A stretch of DNA of 64,000 nucleotides. It comes from Candidatus Poribacteria bacterium (lineage in GTDB: Bacteria; Poribacteria; WGA-4E; WGA-3G). Shown here in pieces: positions 54,685-64,000 of the stretch. The position numbers and the translations under genes were made by a program. The stretch covers positions 1-64,000 of the forward strand of contig CAXXUA010000006.1 of assembly GCA_963663765.2 (NCBI GenBank). The letters run 5' to 3'. The notes below the pieces were generated by a model. That model saw nothing but the letters and a program-made list of their open reading frames with translations, was not told the origin of the DNA and ran no database searches. Position 1 is the stretch's first letter. The number at the start of each line of letters is the position of its first letter.

Positions 54685-56586
54685 ATGAAACGCAATTTGA
54701 CGTTTTTCACTATAGCCTTACTTGCATTATATCAATTCGCATGTTCCTCACAAGATACTCAAAACCGCTTAGATAACCCAGTCGCAAAAGACTCACTCGG
54801 TGGCATCTCAGCAGCACCGATCGGCGACGATGTTGAACTCACAAGCATGTCCGAAGAAGAAGCAGAATTACTCGCAGACAAAACACGTCTACAGATCGTA
54901 ACCGTGCTGGAAGGTACAGGTCGCGTCGCAATAGAAGCACGATATAGAGGCGTGCGCGACTTCGGATTCGGGTTCCCCGTCTACGAATGCGAACTACTTG
55001 ACCAAAGTGTAGAGAATATGGGCGGCATCGCACAAGGTATGTCCGGCAGTCCAGTCGGACCACCAGGACAGGTGATGGGCGCACTCGCTTATGGGAATGC
55101 CTTTTCCGGCACACCCACACGGTTTTGGGTCACATCAATTGATGCAATGGAAGAAGCAAAAGACCGACTCACACTCGGCGACCGCTTAGCGAACGGGAAT
55201 GCACCCGGCGCACCCTCAGCCATCAGTTCAACGTTCGCACCCGTTAAAACACCCTTGATGATCACTGGTATCCAACCGCATCGCCTCTCACAAATAGAAC
55301 AACACCTTGAAGGTCACAACTTACAGTACCTTCAGATGTTCTCCAGTATGGGAGGTGAAGAGCAAGCACCCGCAGAAGTCAAACATAGCCTCAATGCTGG
55401 TGATATGATCGGCGTTGGAATTGCAACAGGCGATGTCGTCAACGCAATCGGATTCGGAACAGTCACACAGGTCTACGATGATGATACATTCCTCGCTTTC
55501 GGACATCCAATGACACAATCTGGCAAAACCGCAATGCCAGTCTACCGAGCAGTCGTCAACGGGCTCGTACCAAGCTTACAGATTTCATACAAATCCGTCT
55601 ACGCTTATGGTGACCCCATCGGCACTATCACAAAAGACCTGCTTCCCTGTATCGTCGGTGAATTGAACGATGTCCCGGACATGATACCTGTCACTTTCTC
55701 CTACCAGTTAGACTCGGATGAAACCATAACGAAAACCCACGAAGTCGCTTACGGACTAGAAGGGTTCATCCCTGTCATCGCAGCCTTGACATTCGATGCA
55801 CTTCGGCAGGAGGTCAACTTCGGTACGGTGCAAGGCTCAATCACACTCGAATTCGAAGAAACAGATAAAACCTACACGAATAAGTTCTACGGTGCCTCCA
55901 GAGATCCGTTCATAGATGTATTGCTCTATGTTTCCAACGCTGTCACATCCTTTACTGACATAACGTTGAATAGCGCGGGGAAAGCCACAATCAAGAACGT
56001 ATCCATCACCGTCCAAGACTCCCCGAAAATTCAGTTAGCTACTATCCACGAAATCGTCGCACCGGACACCATCACGGCTGGTGAAACGGCGACGTTTACG
56101 GTGAAGTTGCTACCCCATTGGACAGGTGTGGAAAACGGACGTAAAATTGAGAAAGAAATTACGTTGGACATCCCAGAGGGTTGGACGGAAGATCAGTATA
56201 AATTCACGGTGGTTTCTCCGTATCCGGATGGACCGCCCAGTGCATTTAGTGCGTTTTTTGGTGACGACATAGTTGATGAAATCATTTCTGTTCTTGATGG
56301 GGATGATAAAGAGGAAGAAGAAAATCTACCACCCGAAAACCTTGAAGAACTCATCAAAAGGAAAAGCATGGGGCTGGTGGACAATCCTGGGCTCCTGACT
56401 ATAATCCTGAAACCAACAAACGAGTTTGGTGATGACTTCTTTGATTTTGACTTCGGTTTTGATGATTTGGACAATGGTGGCATGGAAGCAGAAGATGAAA
56501 CACCATCATCCGTTGAAACAACCGTCACGATTGACGATTTCATCGTTGTCGGCACAAAGAGTGTCAGAGTCAACACCACCCAGTGA
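54685..56586 (+). CDS. SpoIVB-like peptidase S55 domain lipoprotein
   Basis: GGIAQGMSGSPV motif, GTVT...FLAFGHP; lipobox-like FAC; AAGGAG RBS. Confidence 0.85.
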   Translation: MKRNLTFFTIALLALYQFACSSQDTQNRLDNPVAKDSLGGISAAPIGDDVELTSMSEEEAELLADKTRLQIVTVLEGTGRVAIEARYRGVRDFGFGFPVYECELLDQSVENMGGIAQGMSGSPVGPPGQVMGALAYGNAFSGTPTRFWVTSIDAMEEAKDRLTLGDRLANGNAPGAPSAISSTFAPVKTPLMITGIQPHRLSQIEQHLEGHNLQYLQMFSSMGGEEQAPAEVKHSLNAGDMIGVGIATGDVVNAIGFGTVTQVYDDDTFLAFGHPMTQSGKTAMPVYRAVVNGLVPSLQISYKSVYAYGDPIGTITKDLLPCIVGELNDVPDMIPVTFSYQLDSDETITKTHEVAYGLEGFIPVIAALTFDALRQEVNFGTVQGSITLEFEETDKTYTNKFYGASRDPFIDVLLYVSNAVTSFTDITLNSAGKATIKNVSITVQDSPKIQLATIHEIVAPDTITAGETATFTVKLLPHWTGVENGRKIEKEITLDIPEGWTEDQYKFTVVSPYPDGPPSAFSAFFGDDIVDEIISVLDGDDKEEEENLPPENLEELIKRKSMGLVDNPGLLTIILKPTNEFGDDFFDFDFGFDDLDNGGMEAEDETPSSVETTVTIDDFIVVGTKSVRVNTTQ

Positions 56587-57011
56587 CGTTGATAACCGCA
56601 CACGATAGTAAGCGTGCTTTGTAAGCGCGCCCCTAACTGCAGGCGTGCTTTGTAAGCGCGCCCCTAACTGCCAGGCGTGCTTTGTAAGCGCGCCTCTCTT
56701 GTGGTCGTGGTTTTCAACCGCGATGACCGCACACGATAGTAGGCGGGGAATGCCAAAAGGCATTCATACCGTTGATTTGGTGCTTTGTAAGCGCGCCTCT
56801 TGTCTGAACCAGGATTCACAGGATTACCAGATTTCCAAGATTATGAGTTCGTCGCGTTATTCCCCTAACCACAAGTAAGCATAAACGCACATCATATATA
56901 CCTGGATGTGGGAAATCCTGATTCAGACACAAACGCGGATAGAACCTCTGCCCAAACCGAGATCCCCACAATCACCCAACAAATCACCACGCAAACCTAA
57001 TAGAAATCCCA

Positions 57012-58197
57012 ATGCGAACTGCAAACAGAGGCGTGACAACGAGGGTCGGTATCTGCAAAATAGGGATAGAATATGATGCAACAGGTAAACAGACGCTAAC
57101 ATTTGCGCCGTTTGCGAACCAACAGATCACAATCAGCACCGAATTCAGCTTGGACATCGCCATCACAGGCAACCCCGCACGCGTTTTCGTTGAGGAACTA
57201 TTAGAAGGATTCCACTACCACTGGACAGGGAACGTGGTGCAGATACGCGGCACCGCTACACGACTGATACCAACGCGCAAGTCACCGTGCATGCCGATGC
57301 CGAGTCCCGCAGCGCGTTATTCAGTGTTGTCCCTGTTGCGCCTGTCATCACAACGTTACCCCAGCAGACGTTGATACGCGGTATCAGCAACGAGTTCATC
57401 ATTCCTGTCAGCAACAATCCGACACATGTTGCTGTGCGGGGTGCGTGGATAGGCATGAAGTCCGAACCGCATCCGCAGGGTATCCGTGTCTACGGCACTG
57501 TGCCACGCACCGTAGATGCAGACTTCATCAAAACCGAAGGCAATTTAGACGTACAGGTCGCTACGGGTGTATTGACAGACACCGCGCAAATCCCGTTTAT
57601 CTTCGGCACCGGGGCAGCACCGAGATGGCGGAACATCCCCGATGGCACAACCTATTATCGCGAAATCGGGCAGTCGTTCAGTCTGAATCTATCAAGTTAT
57701 GCCCTGGGCACACCGACACCAACGGTCACACACCTCTCCGGGACGATCCCACCCGGTCTCGTGCTTACCACCAACAACATGCTCTCGGGCAGGTTCACCA
57801 CTGCTGGCGTGTATGCCCCCATCTTCCGTGCTACTAACGGATTGGGACATGCCGATAGCGAACCTGTGGACTTCACCGTCTACGCTGCGTTCGCTGCACC
57901 GGCATATATCAGCAACACTGCGGAAAAAGTTGGACTGCCGATGCATCTACCGACACGTTGGATGTCTCGTTGTGGTTCACGCAGGGCAAACCGCCCGGTC
58001 GCTATAGTGTGCAGCTATTTGAGTATGACCCCAGTGAGGGATATTATGATGTGAATATCTCCTCAACAGGCATCATCAGTCTCAGCACCAGCAATCCGCC
58101 GCAAGATGGCGATCGGATGTCTGCGCGGGTAAGTCTTGCGAATAGGGAAGGCACAGCGCAGTCTGATACGTTTGATATTGAAATAGATTACAGTTGA
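57012..58197 (+). pseudogene. Frameshifted Ig-like / putative Ig-domain protein
   Basis: Three overlapping ORFs; GTIPPGLVL...LSGRFTTAGVYAPIFRATNGLG resembles a putative Ig domain. Confidence 0.55.
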
Positions 58198-58462
58198 TTG
58201 GTCTGCGGATTACACGGAGGCACGCGGAGAAAACATCTCGCCGATATTTTTTGCAAAGGATAGGTGTTTTCTAAGCAACACCATTTGATGCTGGTATCTT
58301 CTCCGCGTCTTCTGCTAATTGTCTGAACCAAGATTTACTGGATTTGCGGATTACCAAGATTCACCATACACACGGTTTTTGATGCACATTGGACGTCTAC
58401 TTCTAAATATTGACACAATGCACCAAACTCATAATCCTGAAAATCTTGGTTCAGACAAATCA

Positions 58463-58616
58463 TACCAATTCAAATTAATCTTGTCTCATTAAGGAATTCT
58501 ACTGTTTACTGGCAGGGGGTTACTCTCTTCGGTAGGAGCGACCTCCCGGTCGCGACCGGGAGGTCGCTCCTACCAGATTTCCGCTGCTAATGAGACATTA
58601 TCACATGGAAATGGTA
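58463..58616. mobile_element. Type A MITE, TSD TCA
   Basis: TIRs; TCA at 58460-62 and 58617-19. Confidence 0.88.
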
Positions 58617-58621
58617 TCAGA

Positions 58622-59125
58622 TTAGAGATAACCTGCTTTTGATAGCAAAGTCGCAAGGTTCTTTTTTCTACCACAACGTCCAATCAGAACCGAGACATTT
58701 TTGACTTGGAAGTTCACGGTTATTTGTCGGTGTTTTGGATTCGTCCAGTTAATACCGCGTCCATGGAACAGCACTGGCACAAAGACGGTTTTACCGTATT
58801 GCATTGGGTCTGGTGCAAGGGTTGTGGCAAACCTCAAGCTAATTTCAATCTTTTCACGGACATCCGATTCATCGGCTATTCCGCTTTTGAGTTCAATTGG
58901 AACTGCAACAAAGGTCTTTTTAGTGGTGTTTCCGTAAAATAGCAGCCGGTCACACCTTTTTCGATTGTCTGGGTGTGCGTCAAACTCTTTCTCTACATCG
59001 ATCATGAGCTTCTGTCTGGGCATGTCGGTGAGGTAGACTCAACATCCCTCTCCGCCGCATGAGTTGGTAAGACTGTCTGGGGATACCTGCGCTTGAATTT
59101 CGGCAAGTCCTTTACTCAGATTCAA
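58622..59125 (-). pseudogene. PD-(D/E)xK nuclease-like partner of the ATPase, in-frame TGA at 59039-59041
   Basis: TTG start overlaps ATPase stop, with GGGAG upstream; RCDRLLF...IELKSG motif. Confidence 0.55.
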
Positions 59126-60554
59126 CCGCATTGCTCCCTTTCGTTTGCTCAATTCTGTTTTGGAGTCCAGCGGACTGGTTATAGAGGTCTTCCGCTATAT
59201 CCAAGTGATCTTCTGGTTCTATGCCTTCAACAAGTTTAAATGGGAGTTCTGTAACCGGCTTGTTCTTATGGAACCACCACGTCCCGACTTCTTCCGCGTT
59301 CAGATAGTCTGCGGATTCACTTGTGGATTCTCCCTGTTTACGTAATTCACCTTCGCGTATCAGGTTGCCGATCTGTTGGAGGAGATAGTTGCTATGCGTT
59401 GTAATCAAGACTTGGACACCCGCACGGATTAAACGGGCAAGTGTCTGGGCGATTTTGGTTTGCGCGCCCGGATGTAGGTGGGATTCAGGTTCTTCAATAA
59501 TAAGCAAGTCACCCTGATTGATGACACCTCGCAGAAAAAGGACTAAAGGCGCGAGTTCGGACACCATCGCTGCGGAGTGGCTCATCCGTAGTCCCTCTTT
59601 TGCATGTTCGGGAAGGTACAGAAATTCGGGGTGCGCTTCTGGTGCGGAACGTTTCACCTCAATTTTGCCCTCCAGTAGTTCGTCCTCAAGCCTCTTAGCG
59701 ATGTCCTCTATTTCCTCTGAAGATTTCTTGCGTTCCTTGTAGTTAATAATCTGCTCCAGAAAATCCCCTATCATTCCGGATAATGTAGACACTTCAAGGT
59801 GATCTAAACCAATACGCGTCGCTCTTCTGATAAGCGCAGTCGCGAGTATATCTCGACTTTGCATGATACCACTCCGAGCAGCAGGTAGGTAAAATGAATT
59901 ACCTGCTCGCCACTGACGGGCACCTAAAGTCCGAAAAAAACGTTCAACATCGGATTTTTCAAGGAACTCAGTATTACGTCTTACGTCAAAGAGAATCATG
60001 TCTGGATTGATATTCCCGGTTGTAGTGGGATCAGCGGATCCAGCGGTCCGCACATCAAAATCCCAACACGTTTGATCTTCCTCGCTAACCGACAGCACAA
60101 CGTTCATCTCGTTGCCTTGGCTACCAGTGAATCGAATTAACTTAGAAACTGCCTCAATGTCAAAACACCTTATAAGCTCATTTGCGAAGTCTTCCCGTTC
60201 CGTGAGTCTGCACTCGGACTGAGAGGTTATCTCCCGAGGTAAATCAGAGAATTTGAATGGACGCTTAGGTGTGTTTAACTTTTCGAGTATCTCTAATTTT
60301 TCTTGTTCTACCTTATCTTGTAGACTTGGGGAAAGGCGACTTCGCGGTCCGTAAATGAGACCGAGGAAAAAAGTAGCAGAGTCTGCCCAAGGAATATGTG
60401 AAAACCCCTGAAAATGTTGGTGTAACGCGTAGATGAGGGCGGCGAGATACGTCTTGCCGGTGTTGCTCTCACCGACGAAGACAGTCAACGGACGCAGGTC
60501 TACCGCTGCCTTTTTTATCGGACCGAAGTTTTTTGCGTTAATGTGGATGTCCAC
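59112..60554 (-). CDS. AAA_15/AAA_21-type (ABC-like) ATPase
   Basis: KNFGPIK, Walker A GESNTGKT, Walker B IIEEPESHLHP, ITTHS. Confidence 0.9.
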   Translation of the reverse strand: MDIHINAKNFGPIKKAAVDLRPLTVFVGESNTGKTYLAALIYALHQHFQGFSHIPWADSATFFLGLIYGPRSRLSPSLQDKVEQEKLEILEKLNTPKRPFKFSDLPREITSQSECRLTEREDFANELIRCFDIEAVSKLIRFTGSQGNEMNVVLSVSEEDQTCWDFDVRTAGSADPTTTGNINPDMILFDVRRNTEFLEKSDVERFFRTLGARQWRAGNSFYLPAARSGIMQSRDILATALIRRATRIGLDHLEVSTLSGMIGDFLEQIINYKERKKSSEEIEDIAKRLEDELLEGKIEVKRSAPEAHPEFLYLPEHAKEGLRMSHSAAMVSELAPLVLFLRGVINQGDLLIIEEPESHLHPGAQTKIAQTLARLIRAGVQVLITTHSNYLLQQIGNLIREGELRKQGESTSESADYLNAEEVGTWWFHKNKPVTELPFKLVEGIEPEDHLDIAEDLYNQSAGLQNRIEQTKGSNAVESE

Positions 60555-60938
60555 TGTTTCTTCTCCCAGTTGATGCTGGTTTAGAAACTATTATATGTGC
60601 ATCTGTGATGAATTTCAAGGAAAATGATGCCGTTATTGGCAACTGTCAGCATTGCGGAGGACGCGTGTTATTTGTCTGAACCAGGATTGACAGGATTGCC
60701 AGATTATCGGGATTACGCGGTTTTGTGTACGGAATCGCAGATTACACACCTGCCTTTTGGTAGGAGCGACCTACTGGTCTCGACCGTATTCATACACTGT
60801 CGGGACCGGTAAATCAAGAAATCAACGGTATGAATGCCTTGGGCGAATACGCGTGTGGTATTCGCCATGATTTCCCGGGTCGCTCCTACCAATGCGGGGA
60901 GTGTCATCTGTGTCCTCCGTGCTCTTGTCTGGTTCACA

Positions 60939-61454
60939 TCATTCGAACAAGCCGATGCAATTGGCATAGACCGTTGCGTCATCACGGTTCACGGTGAATT
61001 CAAGGAAATAGTAATATGTATCGTCTACATCGTGAATGCGGTTATCTGAGATGTGCCAATGTTCCAAGCGGTCGTGGAGGTAATCAATATAATCAGTGCG
61101 GGCGTTGCGGGTTGTGAATAGGATTTGCACCACCGGTGGCGTCCCTGTCTGAAACGACCTGTCACAATTGTCTTTCACCCATTGTATTGTATCGTCAATC
61201 TGCTGTTGAACGGCAGTATCAGTGATCGCTTCCCAGTTGTGCTCATACACGGTGTGTTCCAGTTCGGTTTTGGTCTCAATGATGTCGGGTTGGTTTGTCG
61301 TGATGACCTCGTTTGATGATTCATCGGGTGTTGTTGTTGTTGGGGGAGGGGTCGTCACGACATCCATCACGGGCGAAGTGGGACCAGTGCATCCGAACAT
61401 AACGATACACGCACCCAGCATGACACTGATACATAACATATTACACTTGTTCAT
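60939..61454 (-). CDS. Hypothetical lipoprotein
   Basis: Lipobox-like MFGC; Thr/Pro linker; AAGGA upstream. Confidence 0.7.
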   Translation of the reverse strand: MNKCNMLCISVMLGACIVMFGCTGPTSPVMDVVTTPPPTTTTPDESSNEVITTNQPDIIETKTELEHTVYEHNWEAITDTAVQQQIDDTIQWVKDNCDRSFQTGTPPVVQILFTTRNARTDYIDYLHDRLEHWHISDNRIHDVDDTYYYFLEFTVNRDDATVYANCIGLFE

Positions 61455-61655
61455 TTGGACACATCCTTTTTTTATTACAAGACTCTAATTTTTTATTACA
61501 AGACTCTAATTATAAAACGCTAACGGTGGGGGTTGTGTTACTGATATTTTGAGTATTGACTGAATAGCGGAGTATGCGGGTGTTATTTGTCTGAACAAGG
61601 ATTTACAGGATTAGCGGATTATCAGGATTATGCTATCCAGGCTTTTTGATACATA

Positions 61656-61837
61656 TAGGACTTACGCACCCAACGGTAGGCGAGCTTTGATGAAGATTAA
61701 GAAATAAATTAGGTAATTCTATCTAACCCACCCTGGTAGGCGTGCTTTGTAAGCGCGCTGGAAACCGAAAAAATGCTGAAAATTACACCATTTTCGTCAT
61801 AATTCTTCATCAAATCATGAAAACTGCGTAAGTCCGT
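61656..61837. mobile_element. Type C MITE, TSD ACATA, containing a GTAGGCGTGC REP
   Basis: ggacttacgca/tgcgtaagtcc TIR; ACATA at 61651-55 and 61838-42. Confidence 0.8.
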
Positions 61838-62129
61838 ACATATTTATGTTGTTTTTTGATTTGGATTTGATGTGGTAAATCCTGTAAATCTGGTAATCCT
61901 GTAAATCCTGGTTCAGATGGAAGCGCAGAGGACACGTTCATCCGCGTCATCCGAGATACAGACACACACCCAAAAAAAAAAGTTATGCACATAGGGGTGT
62001 GTAAAGTTTTTGGCAGATGTGTTGTCAGAATCACGGATTACTCGAATAAAACAGGAACCTTACGTATTATGTCTGAATCACAGAGAACACAGCAAACGCG
62101 GAATGTGTTTTTTTCATCATTACCCTCTT

Positions 62130-62552
62130 GGTAGGAGCAACCTCCTGGTCGCGACCGTAAGGATACAATGAATCAAAACGGTCGCGACCGGGAGGTCGCT
62201 CCTACCAACACAGGGGACGGTCGCGACCGGGAGGTCGCTCCTACCAACACAGGGGACGGTCGCGACCGGGAGGTCGCTCCTACCAACGCAGGGGACGGTC
62301 GCGACCCGGGAGGTCGCTCCTACCAACGCAGGGGACGGTCGCGACCGGGAGGTCGCTCCTACCAACCCAGAGGACGGTCGCGACCGGGAGGTCGCTCCTA
62401 CCAACCCAGGGGACGGTCGCGACCGGGAGGATACAATGAATCAAAACGGTCGCGACCGGGAGGTCGCTCCTACCAACGCCGGGGACGGTCGCGACCGGGA
62501 GGTCGCTCCTACCAACGCCGGGGACGGTCGCGACCAGGAGGTCGCTCCTACC
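62130..62552. repeat. Tandem array of GTAG REP (~39-bp period)
   Basis: One forward REP, then 9 full + 1 partial ggtcgcgaccgggaggtcgctcctacc units. Confidence 0.9.
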
Positions 62553-62698
62553 GCGGGGTTTCATTTTGGAAAATTTGATCATTAGGAAAACTGAATAATC
62601 CTATTGACCTATTGAATGGAATAATATTCAACATGAAAAATTACCTGAAATATGATATACTGCAACAATATACTTTTTGATTTGGAGAATAACTATAG

Positions 62699-63634
62699 AT
62701 GAGTAATGATTGGGTTGTTTACGAAGGAAAAGATGGACCCGGTAAGGGTAAACAGATCGTATTGGTAAGTGGTGACGAGGAATATCGCTCTGAAGAAGCG
62801 TTGCCAATGTTAGGTCAAGTGTTAGCAGAACATCATGGTTTTCGCTGTGTTGTGCTATTTGCAATTGACCCTGACACGGGAGAGATTGATCCGAATAATC
62901 AACATAATATTCCCGGTCTACATCAACTTGAAGATGCAGATATGATGGTATTGTTCACCCGTTTCCGTGAGTTACCAGACGAACAGATGAAGTACATTGT
63001 AGATTATACGAATGCTGGTAAACCTGTGATGGGGCTACGCACAGCAACACATGCTTTTAACTATAAACAAAACCTTGACAGTCCTTATGCGAAATACAGT
63101 TTCAACAGTAAAGATTTTGATGGAGGATATGGTCGACAAGTTCTCGGTGAAACGTGGATCAATCATCATGGACATCACGGTAAAGAAAGTGCTCGTGGTG
63201 TTATTGATGAAGAGATGAAGAATCATCCTATTTTAAAGGGTGTTTCAGATATTTGGGGTCCGTCGGATGTATATGGTATTAAAGAATTGACCGGAGATGC
63301 ACAAGTGTTAGTGCACGGACAGGTCTTAGTTGGAATGGAACCGACCGATGTTCCAAAACCGGATACAGTAACCAAGCCAATAGCGTGGATAAAAACGTAT
63401 ACAGGAGAAACCGGACATACATCACGAATCTTCAATACGACAATGGGGGCATCTGTTGATCTGGAAAGTGAAGGACTTAGACGTTTACTCGTTAACGGAT
63501 GTTATTGGTGTATGGGGATGGAAGATTCCATTCCTGATAAAAGTGTTGTTGACTATGTTGGTGATTATGATGCGACTTTCTTCGGTTTTGCTACGTTTAA
63601 GAAGGGACTAAAACCTGCGGATCATGCATTGTAG
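62699..63634 (+). CDS. ThuA-like domain protein
   Basis: VLVSGDEEYRSEE, GLRTATHAF, FNTTMGA motifs. Confidence 0.8.
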   Translation: MSNDWVVYEGKDGPGKGKQIVLVSGDEEYRSEEALPMLGQVLAEHHGFRCVVLFAIDPDTGEIDPNNQHNIPGLHQLEDADMMVLFTRFRELPDEQMKYIVDYTNAGKPVMGLRTATHAFNYKQNLDSPYAKYSFNSKDFDGGYGRQVLGETWINHHGHHGKESARGVIDEEMKNHPILKGVSDIWGPSDVYGIKELTGDAQVLVHGQVLVGMEPTDVPKPDTVTKPIAWIKTYTGETGHTSRIFNTTMGASVDLESEGLRRLLVNGCYWCMGMEDSIPDKSVVDYVGDYDATFFGFATFKKGLKPADHAL

Positions 63635-63708
63635 ATTCTATCTTTATTTAAACTGTTAGGTGGAGTATCAAATCTCCACCTTTCTTGATATAGACCAAAA
63701 GCATATTA

Positions 63709-63862
63709 TACCAATTCAAATAAATCTTGTCTCATTAAGGAATTCTACTGTTTATTGGCAGGGGGTTACTCTCTTCGGTAGGAGCGACCTCCCGGTTGCG
63801 ACCGGGAGGTCGCTCCTACCAGATTTTCGCTGCTAATGAGACATTATCACATGAAAATGGTA
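63709..63862. mobile_element. Type A MITE, TSD TTA
   Basis: TIRs; TTA at 63706-08 and 63863-65. Confidence 0.88.
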
Positions 63863-63865
63863 TTA

Positions 63866-64000
63866 CTAAATTGATACTATATTGACAAGATACCACCTTC
63901 AACAAGCATTGGAGCGCCTGTCATATACTTGGATTCATCAGAAGCCAAATAAACTGCAGCCCATGCGATGTCTTCAGGTTCACCGATACCCAAAGGGTGC
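63866..64000 (-). CDS. SDR-family oxidoreductase C-terminus (partial)
   Basis: HPLGIGEPEDIAWAAVYLASDESKYMTGAPMLVEGG. Confidence 0.85.

Noticed and set aside
59039-59041. Selenocysteine or recoded stop (also TAG at 13556)
   Set aside because: No SECIS-like element recognised, long ORFs use all three stops normally, and nonsense mutations are common in this window.
61469-61511. ~21-bp direct duplication upstream of the lipoprotein
   Set aside because: Two copies only; consistent with simple slippage.
62120-62582. Repeat-rich ORFs (GRSRPGGRSYQ)
   Set aside because: Translations of the 39-bp REP array, open only because the period is a multiple of three.

Overview
Repeat-dense accessory region of a bacterium. 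It resembles the sponge symbiont Candidatus Poribacteria; this is an inference from the abundance of eukaryote-like WD40/LRR/TPR/cadherin proteins, dockerin tails and a C-terminal KLxTxWxxLK motif. The left third holds secreted LRR/glycoside-hydrolase-like/dockerin proteins (three mosaic paralogues), a di-heme cytochrome c-LRR-dockerin fusion, two WD40 proteins and several IS remnants. The middle holds a TPR protein, a type IIG/ISP-like restriction-modification enzyme, a metallopeptidase-LRR-cadherin protein and an intact ISKra4-like IS. It continues with a family of WD40 lipoproteins whose 126-bp repeats vary at fixed positions and appear shuffled between paralogues, interleaved with five copies of a small coiled-coil membrane protein. 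The right end has an S55 peptidase, an AAA ATPase plus nuclease-like pair, a ThuA-like protein and an SDR fragment. Intergenic DNA is a nested set of at least six MITE types, most carrying GTAG-type REP hairpins. One MITE makes ~19-21 bp target duplications and has built a CRISPR-like repeat/insert array at 20501-21213. No cas, integrase, reverse transcriptase, RAYT, rRNA or tRNA gene was recognised. Family names come from motif recognition only; no database search was run.
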